DNA from: Scyliorhinus canicula
Taxonomy: Eukaryota
Assembly: GCF_902713615.1 (NCBI RefSeq)
Contig: NW_024056013.1
Location: forward strand, 891,420 to 955,419
Direction: 5' to 3'
DNA: 64,000 nucleotides
The position numbers were made by a program, and so were the translations under genes. Position 1 is the first letter of the stretch. The number at the start of each line of letters is the position of its first letter. This document shows, in pieces, positions 49,200-62,519 of this stretch. The notes beneath the pieces are model-generated. The model saw only the letters and a program-made list of their open reading frames with translations. It was not told the DNA's origin and searched no databases.

Positions 49200-50470
49200 A
49201 CTGATCAGTATTGATGTCTTCCTGCAGTCATTACAGCCTTGGTTCAAACATGGACAAAAGCGCTGAAAGCCAGAGGTGAGGTGAGAGTGTCTGCCCTTGA
49301 CATCAAGGCAGCATTTGACCGAGTCTGGCATCCAGGAGTCCCAGCTAATCTGGAGTCAGTGGGAATCGGTGAAAACTCTCCGCTGGTTGGAGTCGTACCT
49401 GGCACAAAGAAAGATGGCTGTGGTGGTTGGAGGCCAACCATTTCAGCTCCAGGACATCACTGCAGGAGTTCCTCAGGGTAGTGTATTCGGCCCAAATATC
49501 TTCAGCTGCTTCATCAATGACCTGCCTTCATCATAAGGTCAGAAGTGGGGATGTTTGCGGATGACTGCACAGTGTTCAGAATCATTCGCCAACTCTCAGA
49601 TAATGAAGCAGTCCATGTCCAAATGCAGCAAGACCTAGACAATATCCAGGCTTGGGCTGAGAAGTGGCAAGTTACATTCGTGCCACACAAGTGTCAGGCA
49701 ATCACCATATCTTCCAAGAGAGGATCTAACAATCGTCCCTTGACATTGAATGATATTACTATTGCTGAATTCCTCACAATCAACATCCTGGGGGTTGCCA
49801 TTGATCAAAAAATGAACTGGATGAGCCATATTAATACTGTGGTTACCAGGAAAGGTCAAAGACTAGGAATCCTACGAAGGGTAACTCATCTCCTGAACCC
49901 CCCCCCCCCCCCTTCCCCCCACCCAAAAGCCTGTCCACCATCTGCAATGCACAAGCCAGGAGTATAATGGAATACTCTCCAGTTTCTTGGATGAGTGCAG
50001 CTCCAACAACACTCAAGAAGCTCAACAGGATCCAGGACAAAGCAGCCCGCTTGATTGCTCCCCCTTCCACAAACATTCAGACCATCTATCACCGACGAAC
50101 AGTGGCAGCCAGGTGTACTGTCTACAAGATGCACTGCAGTAACTCAACAATGTTCCTTATTCAGTACCTTCCAAACCCATGACCACCGCCATCTCGAAGG
50201 CCAAGAGCAGTAGATCACTGGGAACCCCACCAGCTGGAGGCTCCCCTCCAAGTCACTCACCACCCCGACTGGGAAATATATCACCGTTCCTTCGCTGTCA
50301 CTGGGATAAAATCCTGGAACTCTCTTCCTAACAGCACAGTGGGTGTACCTACACCTGAAGGACTGAAGTGGTTCAAGAAGGAAACTCCCCACCATGTTCT
50401 GAAGGGCACCTAGGGATGGGCAATAAATGCTGGCCTCACCAGTGAAACCCACATCCCATAAATGAATAAT
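49200..50470 (+). mobile_element. CR1/L2-group LINE RT 3' fragment (second family)
   Basis: ALDIKAAFDRVWH, GVPQGS and FADDCT motifs; 3' end CACATCCCAT...AATGAATAA. Confidence 0.85.
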
Positions 50471-51356
50471 AAAAGTCTGCAGCTTTCTTTCTCACTGCCA
50501 AAAAGAGGACCGTAAATTACTTAATCCTGTCCCCATGTTAAAATCTAAAGCATTGATATAGAACTCAAGAAGCATGGAATCATGTCCTGGGAAATCTAGA
50601 ATCCCACTGGAAATACTCCACCAATCACAAACATACCTCTCGACCAATGCCCTTTGCTTCCTGCTGCTCCAGCTGATGTCACTTCCTGCACTTGTGATTG
50701 TTCTGGACATGAGAAGTATCCTGGTTTTCCCACGTGGAGCAGGACTGGAATCCCCGGCCAGGTCTTTAATTATTTGATTATTTGACTTAAGCAAAATAAA
50801 TTTAAGATTAAAATAAATAAAGATTCATCAGCTTCTCACCAATCAGTTTCTTCCATTGAGCTGAAGTCACCTTTTATCCGGAATTAACTAAAATGTTTTG
50901 ATAATTGTTTTTTAAAAATAAATTTAAAGTATCCAATTCTTTTTTTTAATTAAGGGACAATTTAGCATGGCCAATTCACCGACCCTGCTCATCTTTGGGT
51001 TGTAGGGGTAAGACACACGCAAACACAGGGAGAATGTGCAAACTCCACACAGACAGTGATCCGGGGCCGGGAACAAAACCAGGTCCTCAGCGCCTTCAGG
51101 CAGCAGTGCTAACCAGTGTGCCACCATGCCACCCGTTTTTGTTAATTGTTAATATCTAAACCTCTCAAATTATTAATTGACTAAAAATTCAGACGTCTTT
51201 ACTCTTACAATGCCAACTTCATCTTTATTCCCTGGATTTGATTAACGGACTGCAAACTGTAATTCTATGAACGATGATCAGATTATTTCAGTTTTGTGAT
51301 AATTAATGAATCGTCTCACTTTATAATTGATGAATGCAGTGACCAGGATGTGCTCT

Positions 51357-51790
51357 CCTCAGGACTGGGATGCCCAGTCATTGCCACAGGACTGGGATGG
51401 CCCAGTCATTGCCACAGGACTGGGATGGCCTGTCATTACCACAGGACTGGGATGGCCTGTCATTGCCACAGGACTGGGATGGCCTGTCATTACCACAGGA
51501 CTGGGATGGCCTGTCATTGCCACAGGACTGGGATGGCCTGTCATTGCCACAGGACTGGGATGGCCTGTCATTACCACAGGACTGGGATGGCCTGTCATTG
51601 CCACAGGACTGGGATGGCCTGTCATTGCCACAGGACTGGGATGGCCTGTCATTGCCACAGGACTGGGATGGCCTGTCATTGCCACAGGACTGGGATGGCC
51701 TGTCACTGCCACAGGACTGGGATGTCCTGTCATTGCCACAGGACTGGGATGGCCTGTCATTGCCAAGGGACTGGGATGGCCTGTCATTGC
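51357..51790. repeat. 27-bp tandem repeat, about 16 copies (CCACAGGACTGGGATGGCCTGTCATTG)
   Basis: 9-aa periodic ORFs in several frames on both strands. Confidence 0.95.
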
Positions 51791-52689
51791 CTTTATTTAT
51801 TCCATTATTAACTGACTGAAGCAACAATAAATTGGAGGTTAAAATAAATAAAGATTCATCAGCCACTCACCAATCAGCTCGTTCCATTTCCCTGAAGTCA
51901 CATTTATTTATAATCTAATAATCTAGGAATTAACTGAAATGATTTTCTCCATTCTTATTACCTAAACAGATTGGATTTTAACTTACTGAAGAATTCAGAC
52001 TTTTTCACTGCTACAATCACTTGTCATTCAGCTTCAACTTTATCCTCTTGATTTGATCAACAGAACACTAACTGCAATTATATAAATAATCACATTGATT
52101 CAGGTTTATACTAATTAATGAATCATGACTCAGTACATTAATGCAGTGACCAGAATGCTTCTCGCATAATCTCCTCGCTTTTATATTCCAGGCCTCATCC
52201 AAGAAAGGATTCTTGGCTGCCTGATCAATCTATCCAGCTACCTGTGGATAGGGACTCCAATGCCTCTCTGTTGCTCTATGTTCTCAGTATCATTCTATTT
52301 ATAGTTCATTCCCTTGTCTTGTTTTCACTCTGAAATTCATTATCTCTCACTGTTTGCAGCACAGCAGTTATCACTGTTCACAGCGCCAGGGTCCCAGGTT
52401 CGATTCCCAGCTTCGGTCACTGGTCTGTGCGGAGTCTGCATATTCTCTCTGCAGCTGTCTGGGTTTCCTCCAGGTGCTCCAGTTTCCTCCCATAATTCCT
52501 GAAAGACATGCTTGTGAGGTGAATTGGACATTCTGAACTCTCCATCTGTGTACCTGAACAGGCACCAGAATGTGGCGACTAGGGGATTTTCACAGTCACT
52601 TCATTGCACTGTTGGCGTTAGCCTACTTATGACAATAATAAAGATTATTATTAAATTGAATTCCGGGGCGGCAAGTTGGCGCATTGGGG

Positions 52690-53790
52690 TATGTGGAACA
52701 TTCCTTGTTCCAGGCCTACCCGGGTCCCCTCCCATAACCCCTTTACCGGTACATTGATGACTATTTTGGTGCTGATTTATGCTGTCGTCCGGAACTGGAA
52801 AAATTCATCAACTTTGCTTCCAGTTTCCACCGCTTCATCACTTTCAACTGGTCCATCTTAGACTCCTCCCCTCCCCTCCCTTCCCTTCCTTGACTTTGCT
52901 AGCTCCATTTCTGGCAATAGATTATCTACTAATATCTATTACAATCCCACTGACTCCCACAGCTATCTTCGCACCCTACACCCTGTAAGGACTCCCTTCC
53001 TTTCTCTCAGCTCCTCCGCCTCTGTCGCATTTGTTCCGATGATGCCACTTACCAAAGTGGTGCTTCAAATGTGTTCCTTCTTCCTCAACCATGATTCATC
53101 ACCTACAGCTGTAGACAGGGTCCTCAACACTGCACGGTCCATCTCCCACACCACTACCCTCACCCCGTCCCCTCCCTCCAAGAACAAGGATAGAATCCCC
53201 CTCATTCTCACATTTCACCCCACCAGCCTCCGTATGCAAAAGCATAATCCTCTGCCATTTTCACCAACTTCAACATGATGTCACCACCAAACACGTATTC
53301 CCTTCACTCCCTCTGTCAGCATTCCACAAAGACCATTCCCTCCAAGATAATCTAGTCCACTGCTCCACAATACCCAACACCTCTCCCATCACCTATGGCA
53401 CCTTCCCATACAATCGCAGAAGATGCAACACCTGCCCTTTTACCTCTTCCATGCTTAACATCCCAGGCCCAAAACATTAATTCCAGGTTTAAGCAGCGTT
53501 TCACATGCACCTCTTTCAATTTGGTCTATTGCATTCACTGCTCCCAATGTGTTCTCCTCTATGTCAGAGAGACCAAATGTAGATCTTCGGTCTGTGCGCA
53601 TTCAGGTCCCTGACCTTTCCGTTGATTGCCATTTTAACACAAGACCGTGTTCCCATGCCCACATGTCTGTCCTTGGCCTGCTGCAATGTTCCAGTGAAGC
53701 TCAAAGCAAACTGGAGGAACAGCATCTCATCTTCCGGTTGGGCACGCTACAGCCTTCCGGTCTCAACATTGAATTCAACAACTTCAGATG
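52690..53790 (+). mobile_element. Penelope-like element: RT C-terminus plus GIY-YIG endonuclease, decayed
   Basis: RYIDD motif, RIPLILTFHP, NLVYCIHCSQC..LYV.ETK, EQHLIFRLGTLQPSGLNIEFNNFR*; terminal remnant at about 54290-54425. Confidence 0.85.
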
Positions 53791-54589
53791 ATCAGCTCGA
53801 GCCCACCTTGACCCCTTTATTTTTATTCCATTTCATTTGAACTGTCTTTTACCTTTTATTTCTTTGTCTTTCTTTACATATATTTCCCCCCACTCTGTCC
53901 CACTACCTGATCCCCCCTTTCCCGCTGTTACCAGACACCTAAACGACCCTCTTATGGACTGACCTCAGTAACACTACACCCCTGTATGCTTCATCCGATG
54001 CCGGTGTTTATGTAGTTACATTGTGTACCTTATGTTACCGTATTATGTATTTTCTTTTATTTCCTTTTCTTTTCATGTACTTAATGATCTGTTAAGCTGC
54101 TCGCAGAAAAATACTTTTCACTGTACTTCGGTACACGTGACAATATACCTGACTAACCTTTTGGACACTAAGGGGTAATTTAGCATAACCAATCCACCTA
54201 ACCTGCACATTTTAGCTCTCTTTTCCCTTGGTTTCTGTGGCTATGACTAATCTTTCATTCGCTCACCCTACAGTATAAGTATCTCCCACTTTCAACGGCT
54301 TTTAGCTTTGACAAAGGAGCATCTGGGCTCTTTTTTCTCCTTACAGATGCTGCCAGACCTGCTGAGATTTTCCAACATTTTCTCTTTTAGTTTCAGATTC
54401 CAGCATCCGCAGCAATTTGCTTTTGCAAATCACTTTGGGAAATAGAACATTACACAACACCCATTTGCACGAATTTGTGTTTTATTTCAACTAGGTAACA
54501 AAATATATTTTCTGCTGCCTATTTGGAGTTTCAACGGTGCTGTTATTACCCAACATACCCAGCGTTTGTGAATCTGCCCTGATCACTCC

Positions 54590-54900
54590 CCAGGAGCACA
54601 GTACGCAGGCGCAGTGTTGTATATAGAGCATGCGCAGTTTCACTTTGCTCGGAGTCCTGCGAGCACATGAGGCTTTTTTCGGCAGGTGAGGGTCGCTGGG
54701 GCGGAGGGAGGAATTGAGTCGGGAGTTGGGGTGGGGAGCGAGCGGAGGCTTCATAAACACCTGGTGCAGGTTGCAATCCCCGACAGGAGCCTGCCGGTCC
54801 CCTGCTTTCTGTTCCAGGGCGTTTTCCCGGGAACAGGCCCGGGTTAATTGCCGCCATCTTGTTTGGGCGGGCAGCGAAGCGCATGCGCGGATTCGGCCGG
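54590..54900 (+). promoter_or_regulatory. CpG-rich promoter and non-coding exon 1 upstream of ZNF B
   Basis: GCATGCGCAG, donor CAG/GTGAG at 54686, CCGCCATCTT plus GCGCATGCGC module. Confidence 0.65.
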
Positions 54901-56571
54901 ACGAGTGGGCGGGGTCTCAGGTTCCCAGTGACCCGGATGGTGACAACAATCCAAACGAAACAGCTGGAGGACATTCCACTGAGCTGACTGGGTGGGAGGA
55001 GGTCTGAAGGTTCAAATTAGTGCAAAATACTGCGGATGCTGGAAATCGGAGGTAAAGACATAAAATGTGGATAAATGTTCAGGTGTGTCAGCTTCTGTGG
55101 AGAGAAACAATTAATGTTTCGGATCGAAATGATCACAGCCGCAGGGACTGAGTATGCAGAGGGGAGGTTGGGGAAAGTAGATTGTTAGTGAGCAGGGGTA
55201 GTTGGAGTGAGTGGGGAAGGAGGTCTGAAGAGAGGAACCTGAGTGAGCTGGGGGGGGGGGGGGGGAGAGAGGGGCTTCTGACTGAGTTGGGGGAGGAGGT
55301 TTGATGAGAGTGACCTGAGTGGGCAATGGTAGTTAGGCTTCTGTCTGTCAAGGGACGGGATATTGACAGAGTTTTTGTGTTTATATGTTGGGGACCAGCA
55401 TGGAGTGTCTGGAAGCAGCCTAAGGTCCAAGAGAGCTCTGTGCACACTGTTGGTGGGGAGAACAGGCAGAGTGTAAGTCAAATATTTTATATCTGGAATG
55501 TTGCAAGGGCATATTTTTGGTTTTGGACAACTCTTGGGCCTTCTCCACCATGTAAATGGTGTGCACTTGATACCCCTGATAAACCCACATGTCTCCAGTT
55601 TCCACAATCTTCACTCTCAACAGGTTTCACCCTTCCCCCATCAATAGTTTTGTCATCAACATCTCCCACCATACCTCGCCCCTCACAAGATGTCCCCTTT
55701 TCTCCAGTGCATTTGGTCACTCCTGGTGTTGGGTGAACAGGTATTAGTGTGAATCTGCATACAAGCAGCAGATTTTGACATGACCTTGTGTGGAGTTGAA
55801 TCTGAGAGGTTGGCAAGGGGATAATTAGAGTCGTCAAGGTTTGAGGTGACAAAGGAATGAATGAATTTCAGTAGCAGATGAGATGAGGCAGCAGCAACTC
55901 TGGACAAGGTTACTGAGTTGGAAATAGACAGTCTTTGCGATGTGTCATCAAAAAAACAGTTTGGGATGAAATTTGACAACCAGATTATGAACAGATTGGT
56001 TCAGCCTCAAAGAGTTGCAATAGAGATAGTAGCTAGGGAATGGGATATGTAACAGAAACTGAAGATGGTTGCTTTCCTCGTCCTGATATTTAGATGGAGA
56101 ACATTTCTGCTTATCCAGTAATGAGTCAGATAATTTGGGATGTTTCCGGATTTGGAGGGACACTTGGAGATGATAGTGAAGGTTAAGGGTTTTGGACGTC
56201 ACATGAAAGCTCTGGTCGAGTTTTAGATAAAATCCTCTCCTTCAAGCCTTCCCACCTCCCTCTTCCTCTCTTCCCCCAGATTGGGGGGTGTAGGCCCAGA
56301 TCAGGTGGCAGCTTCCCTTCCCGAAAGGAAATTGGTGAACCAGTTGTTTTTTATGACAATTCAGCAGTTTTCATGGTCACATTTCCTAGTGTCAGTCCCA
56401 CAAATGACCAGATTCATCCAACTCCATTTCACAAGCTGCCTTTGTGTTTATCACTCTCTTTTTCTCCTCTTTGAATTCATTTTTCAGGATATTGGAAGGG
56501 TAATTTGTCAATATCACATCAGGATGTAACAGTCACTCGACTCATCAGAGCCAAAACATCAGCTTTTGAAC

Positions 56572-57705
56572 ATGGAATCAAAAAAAAACACTCACAAGAG
56601 GGAGAAAGTGTTTCCGTGTTCTGTGTGTGGACGAAGCTTCAGCCAATCATCAAACTTGTCAAAACACAAGTGCTGTCCCATGGGGGAGAAACCGTGGAAA
56701 TGTGGAGATTGTGGGAAGGGATTCAATTGTCCGTCTGAGCTGCGTATTCATCAACGTAGTCACACCGGGGAGAGACCATTCACCTGTTCTGTGTGTGAGA
56801 AAGGATTCACTAAATCATCTGACCTTCTGAGACACCAGCGAATTCACACTGGGGAGAGACCGTTCACCTGCTCTGTGTGTCGGAAAGGCTTCACAACTTC
56901 GTACCACCTCCTGAAACACTATCGTTCCCACAGTGAGGGGAGAAATGGGGATAACGTGTTTCCGTGTTCTGTGTGTGGACGATGCTTCAGCCGAAAAGCA
57001 AATCTGTCAAAACACAAATGCTGTCCCAGCGGCGAGAAACCGTGGAAATGTGGAGATTGTGGGAAGGGATTCAATTACTCGTCTGAGCTGCGTATTCATC
57101 AATACAGTCACACCGGGAAGAAACCATTCCCCTGCTCTGTGTGTGGGAAAGGATTCAACAAACCATCTGACCTTCTGAGACACCAGCGAGTTCACACTGG
57201 GGAGAGACCGTTCACCTGCTCTGTGTGTGGGAAAGGCTTCACAACCTCATATGGCCTCCTGTCCCACCATCGTATCCACAGTGAGGAGAGACCTTTCCAA
57301 TGTTCTGACTGTGAGAAAAAGTATAAAAGGAAAACAGGTCTGTTGAGCCATAAACTCACTCACACCGGGGAGAAACCGTTCACCTGCTCTGCTTGTGGGA
57401 AAGGATTTGCCCGTTCATCCGAGCTCCTGACACACCAACTTGTTCATACTGATCAGAGGCCGTTTAAATATCCTGACTGTGAGAAGAGCTTTAAAAGCCG
57501 GAAGGATCAACTGACAAATGAACACACTCACACCAGGGAGAGATCTTTCATCTGTTCTTTCTGTGGGAAAAGTTTTACTTGGAAGTCCAACCTACTTAAG
57601 CACCAGCGGATTCACACTGGGGAGAGGCCATTCATCTGCTCAGTGTGTGGGAAGGCATTCATTCAGTCATCCCACAGGCTGAGACACCAGCTATTTCACA
57701 AGTGA
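56572..57705 (+). CDS. C2H2 zinc-finger protein B, 13 finger units (two HKCC-type, one degenerate), no KRAB seen
   Basis: Open frame from ATG 56572; acceptor TTTTTCAG near 56488; internal 348-nt duplication. Confidence 0.9.
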   Translation: MESKKNTHKREKVFPCSVCGRSFSQSSNLSKHKCCPMGEKPWKCGDCGKGFNCPSELRIHQRSHTGERPFTCSVCEKGFTKSSDLLRHQRIHTGERPFTCSVCRKGFTTSYHLLKHYRSHSEGRNGDNVFPCSVCGRCFSRKANLSKHKCCPSGEKPWKCGDCGKGFNYSSELRIHQYSHTGKKPFPCSVCGKGFNKPSDLLRHQRVHTGERPFTCSVCGKGFTTSYGLLSHHRIHSEERPFQCSDCEKKYKRKTGLLSHKLTHTGEKPFTCSACGKGFARSSELLTHQLVHTDQRPFKYPDCEKSFKSRKDQLTNEHTHTRERSFICSFCGKSFTWKSNLLKHQRIHTGERPFICSVCGKAFIQSSHRLRHQLFHK

Positions 57706-58169
57706 CTGAAGGGATTGGATTTGGATTCTGCTGTTAATCACATCCGGACCGAACCATCTTCACTCTGACAGCTGGAGTTTGTTGCTGCTGATATTAATCA
57801 GCCTGAAAGCTGGGGTGTGTATTGATGTTCTGTATAAATATTGATTAAATCAGCTTTGATTCAGACACTGTTTTGAATATTTGGTTTCCTCAATGATAAG
57901 AGGAGACTGATTGATCTGCTGACTGGGACATTATTTTGATCTTTTCTTACTCTGAATTATTTCTGTTCTCTGGTTCACCTTCTCCCAGATTAAACACTGA
58001 GCTTTCATCAATCCTATCAATCTGTTGGAGACATTGGGCGGTTGGTGAGTTTCACCTGATGTTGGTGTCAGTTGCCCTCGGAAGATTTCCCAGTTTTCTG
58101 AAATTCCAGTGTGGTTGTGTGTTGATGTAATGATCGGAGTTTCAGTTCCAATGCTGATGATGGAGGGCC

Positions 58170-58690
58170 TGTGCTGCCAGAACCACAGAATGATTACAGT
58201 TCAGGCGGAGGCCATTCAGCCCATCGAGCCTGCTCTGCTCACTGAAAGAACATTCTACCTAATCCCACTCCCCTGCCTTATCCCTGTAACCTTGCACATT
58301 CTTTCTTTGCAGATAATAATCCAATTCCCTTTTAAATACATTGATTGAAGCTCCATCTCCATCTTAATATGTTCATTCCAGACTCTATCCACCATCTGGG
58401 TGAAAACATTTTTAGCCTCCCATCACTTCTGCTCCTTTTGCTAATTATTTTAAATCTGTGCTCTCTAGTTCTTGATGTACTCCTGAGGGGAAATAGCTTT
58501 TCATTATTTACCCTGTCCAAACCCCTCAGGATCTTGATTACCTCTACAAGTCTCCTATCAGCCTTCTTTTCTCCAAGGAAAACAGACTCAGCCTCTCCTC
58601 ATAGCTCCAGTTATTTATCCCTGGAATCATTCTTGTAAATCTTCTCTGGACTCTGCACTCCAATGCCTTCACATCCTTCCTCAAGTTTTA
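58170..58690 (-). mobile_element. CR1 3' fragment
   Basis: Reverse-frame DRVNNEKLFP...REHRFKI. Confidence 0.7.
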
Positions 58691-59214
58691 AAAAAATAAT
58701 TTCATTGGGATGTGGTGTCGCTGGCTGGGCATTTACTGCCCATCATTAATTGCCCTTGAACTGAGTGGTTTGCTCAGCCATTTCAGAGGGCATTTTCAGA
58801 GTCAACCACTTTGCTGTGGGTCTGGTGACACATGAAGGCCACACCAGGTAAGGGCAGGAGATTTCCTTCCCTAAAGGACAAGAGTGAATCTGATGAGTTT
58901 TTATTGCATTATTTTATTGCTTTTTTCATAAATTTAGAGTACCCAATTCATTTTTGCCAATTAAGGGGCAATTTAGGGTGGCCAATCTACCTAACCTGCA
59001 CATCTTTGTGTGGGGGCGAAACCCACGTAAACACGGGGAGAATGTGCAAACTCCACACGAACAGTAACCCAGAGCCGGGATTGAACCTGGGACCTTGGCA
59101 CCGTGAGGCAGCAGTGCTGCCCCCAGATGGGTTTTTCTGACAATAGACTATGGTTTCATGGTCATCATTGGACTTTTAATTCAAGATTTTAAAATATTGA
59201 ATTCACAATCCACT

Positions 59215-60560
59215 ATTCTAAATACTAAGAAGTTAATTTCTGGACTAAAGAATTGTGAGTTCTTCGAAGATGTAACAAGCAAAGTGGATAATGGGGATCC
59301 TGTAGATGTAGTATATCTGGACTTCCGGAAGGCGTTTGATAAGTTGCCACACAAAAGGTTAATTGACAAGGTGAGATCACATGGGATTAGGGGTAATTTA
59401 TTAGCTTAGATAGAAGACTGGCTGACCGACAGGAGACAGAGAGTCAGGATAAATGGTTCTTTTTCTGGATGGCAAGATGTAACTAGTGGGGCGCCACAGG
59501 GTTCAGTCCTTGGGCCCCAGCTATTTACAATTTATATTAACTACTTGGATACAGGGATAGAAGGTTCTATAGCCAAATTTGTAGATCACACAAAAATAAG
59601 TGGGACAGTAAACTGCAATGAGAAAATAAGAACCTTACAAATGGATATAGATACGTTAGGAGAGTGGTCCAAAATGTGGCTGGTCCAAAATGTGGCTGAT
59701 GGAGTTGTGGATAAGTGTGAGGTCATGCATTTTGGTCAAAAAAATGGAAAGGCGGCTTATCTAAATGGGGAGAGACTTCGGGGTGCCCTATGCAGTGAGA
59801 TCTGGGTGTCCTTGTGCACGAGTCACAGAAAGTGAGCATGAAGGTGCAGCAGATAATAAGGGAAAAAAATGGAATGTTAACAAGGAAATGCGTAACAAAG
59901 TATTGTTGCAACTATACAAGGCATTGGTATGACCACACCTGGATTATTGTGCACAGTTTTAGTCCCTTTATTTGAGGAAAGATGTAGTGGCATTGGAGGC
60001 AGTTCAGAGGAGGTTCACTAGATTGATTCCAGAGATGAGGGGAGATTGAATAGTTTAGGCCTATACTCTTAGAAGAATGAAGGGAGATCTCATTGAGGTA
60101 AACAAGATGCTAAAAGGTATGGACAGGGCGGCACAGTGGTTAGCACTGTTGCTTCACAGTGCCAGGGTCCCAGGTTCCATTCCTGGCTTGGGTCACTGCC
60201 TGTGCAGAGTCTGCACATTCTCCCTGTGTCTGCGTGGGTGTCCTCCGGGCGCTCCGATTTCCTCCCACAAATTCTTGAAGGAGTTAGACAGATTTTTAAT
60301 TGGTAATGGGTTGAAGGCTTACAAAGGACGGTGGAGTTGAGCCCAGGATGGGATCAGCCATGATCATATTGAAGGTATTTAGACTCGGGAGGCTGCATTG
60401 CCTTCTCCTGCTCCTCGGTTATGTGTTCTCGAGAGGAGATGCTCTGACTGATTTTTCAATCCAGCTCTTGGTCTTTAGCATTGTGGGTAGCACATAAGGA
60501 ACAATCAGCTATGATGGAATGGCGGAGTAGACACGTTGGGCCAAATGGCCTAATTCTGCT
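59215..60560 (+). mobile_element. CR1 RT fragment with a SINE inserted at about 60124-60270
   Basis: FFEDVTSKVD.GDPVDVVYLDFRKAFDK and DTKI-like motifs; CR1 tails. Confidence 0.85.
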
Positions 60561-61199
60561 CCTGTATCTTAAGAACTTGTGACTACACAGAATACTTTTC
60601 ACTGTACCGCAGTACATGTGACAATACAACAAATGCAATACAAACAAGTCTTGTTTACCCACCCCTGGGCTCACTTTCCTTTTAAGAAGGACCAAAAGTT
60701 GAAATTTCCCATTCTTCGTTTCTTATAGTTGTGATCATCCTGATCTCTGTAATCTCCTCCACACACACACCCCTTCAAGATCTCTGCACTCATTTAATTC
60801 CGGCCACTAAAGCACTCCTGATTTGTTCGGTCCGCCATTACTGACCTTTTATCATTTGACTGGGCCACAAGCTCTGGTATTTCCTCCTTAAAAATCTCCG
60901 ACTCTCACTCACTTTCCTCTATTACGATTATCATTAAAATCTAATATCTCCTCTTGAGGCTCAGTGTCAATTGTTATTTTGTAACATTTCTCTGAAATGT
61001 CTCAAAAAGCTTTATTCTGTCAAAATAAATTTGAATTATTGTCACAGCCCTGGAAATATATCATTGTTCTGACTCATAAATAGGAATTTGTAACTCAGAG
61101 TGAAACAGTCTGTCACGATGAAACAATTCTAAATGTTGCCCTCAACAATGATGGCGACTGAGCCTGAACTCCGCTGCTGCTGCCCCCAATAAAAATGGT

Positions 61200-61835
61200 G
61201 GGTACGCGTGCGCACTGCTAGTGCCCAAATAAAGTTAATGGTGCGCATGCGCAACCCCGCTAGCGCGCGATCGAGATGGCGGCCCCATCGTCCCGTCTGT
61301 GAGCCTCGCTCAGGGCTCCCGGTACCGGTAGGTTATTTTTACGGGTTTTCGGTTTACATCACATATTTATATAGTGTGTCCAACGACGCGCCTGATTCAT
61401 CTCTCCCTTCGCCCCTGATTCATCTCTCCCTCCGCCCCGTCATTCCCACCTTTACGGATTGTGGCTCCGAGAACGAACATTTTTCTGTGTCGCCATTAAT
61501 CACACTGCGCATGCTTCACTCAAGCCCAGTCCCGCCCCCTCATTCACGCTGATTGGTTGGAGGACCCCTGACTCCCCACAGGTCCTCCGTTCCAACCCAT
61601 TCTTTACCTATTGGTCAGTGCTGCCGTCAATCATTTCGCGCATTGTGAGGTGTCAGGTGAGAGGTCTGTCGGGGGGCGGGGTTTACAAACCCCAGTGCGG
61701 CCCCAGAGCCGAACAATGAACATTCTCCACTCTTACTGTCCGTCACTTCCGGCTTCTCTCCATAAACAACATCATAGAGACCAGGGGAGGGAGACACTGA
61801 CCCAGTGACAATGTCACTGCATTCGTGGGTAAGTC
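61200..61835. promoter_or_regulatory. CpG-rich bidirectional promoter, inverted paralog of the 40.4-kb promoter
   Basis: Reverse-complement similarity to 40380-40780; donors CAG/GTGAG at 61657 and GTAAGT near 61829; CACTTCCGG. Confidence 0.65.
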
Positions 61836-62519
61836 TAATGTAACCTCTCCTGTTCCAAAAGGCAGAAACTAGAAACCTAGTTAGTTTAAAAACTGTTGTT
61901 GGGAAACTTGGAATTCATTAATGAAAAAATGAAAATCGCTTATTGTCATAAGGTGGTATAGGGTGGATATGTGGGCTTGAGTAGGGTGATCATTGCTCGG
62001 CACAACATCGAGGGCCGAAGGGCCTGTTCTGTGCTGTACTGTTCTATGTTCTATGTAAATGAAGTTACTGTGAAAAACCCCTAGTCGCCACATTGCGGCG
62101 CCTGTTTGGGAAGGCTGTAACAGGAATCGAACCGTGCTGCTGGCCTGCTTTCAAAGCCAGCGATTTAGCCCTGTGAAAAACAGCCCCGCATTAGTGAGGA
62201 TGTAGCAACTGGACATTCGTAAAGTCAAACTGCATCAGAGTCAGTGGAAAAGTCTAATGTAACCCCCCCCCCCCCCCCCCCCCCACTGGTTAATGATTTG
62301 CCGCACACAGCCACTGGTTAATGATTTGCCGCACACAGAGCCACTGTGTATTGATTTCCCGCTCTAATTGACTTTCATGAATGGAGGCGGATATAATATA
62401 TGTCCCCACAGGCCAATTTGAAAGGCAGGCCGGCTTTGGGGGCTTCCTTGATGGGTGGTTTGCGGCTAGGACCCCATCGGCCCTGGTCCCTGTGGGAAGG
62501 GCGGAGGGCTGGTCCCGAT

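Noticed and set aside
49898-49920. Long homopolymer runs (also near 29604, 55250 and 62263)
   Set aside because: Lengths are unreliable in assemblies and have no independent support as functional elements
51296-51866. Periodic ORFs in several frames; array superficially CRISPR-like
   Set aside because: 27-bp head-to-tail repeat with no unique spacers and no cas genes, in a vertebrate genome
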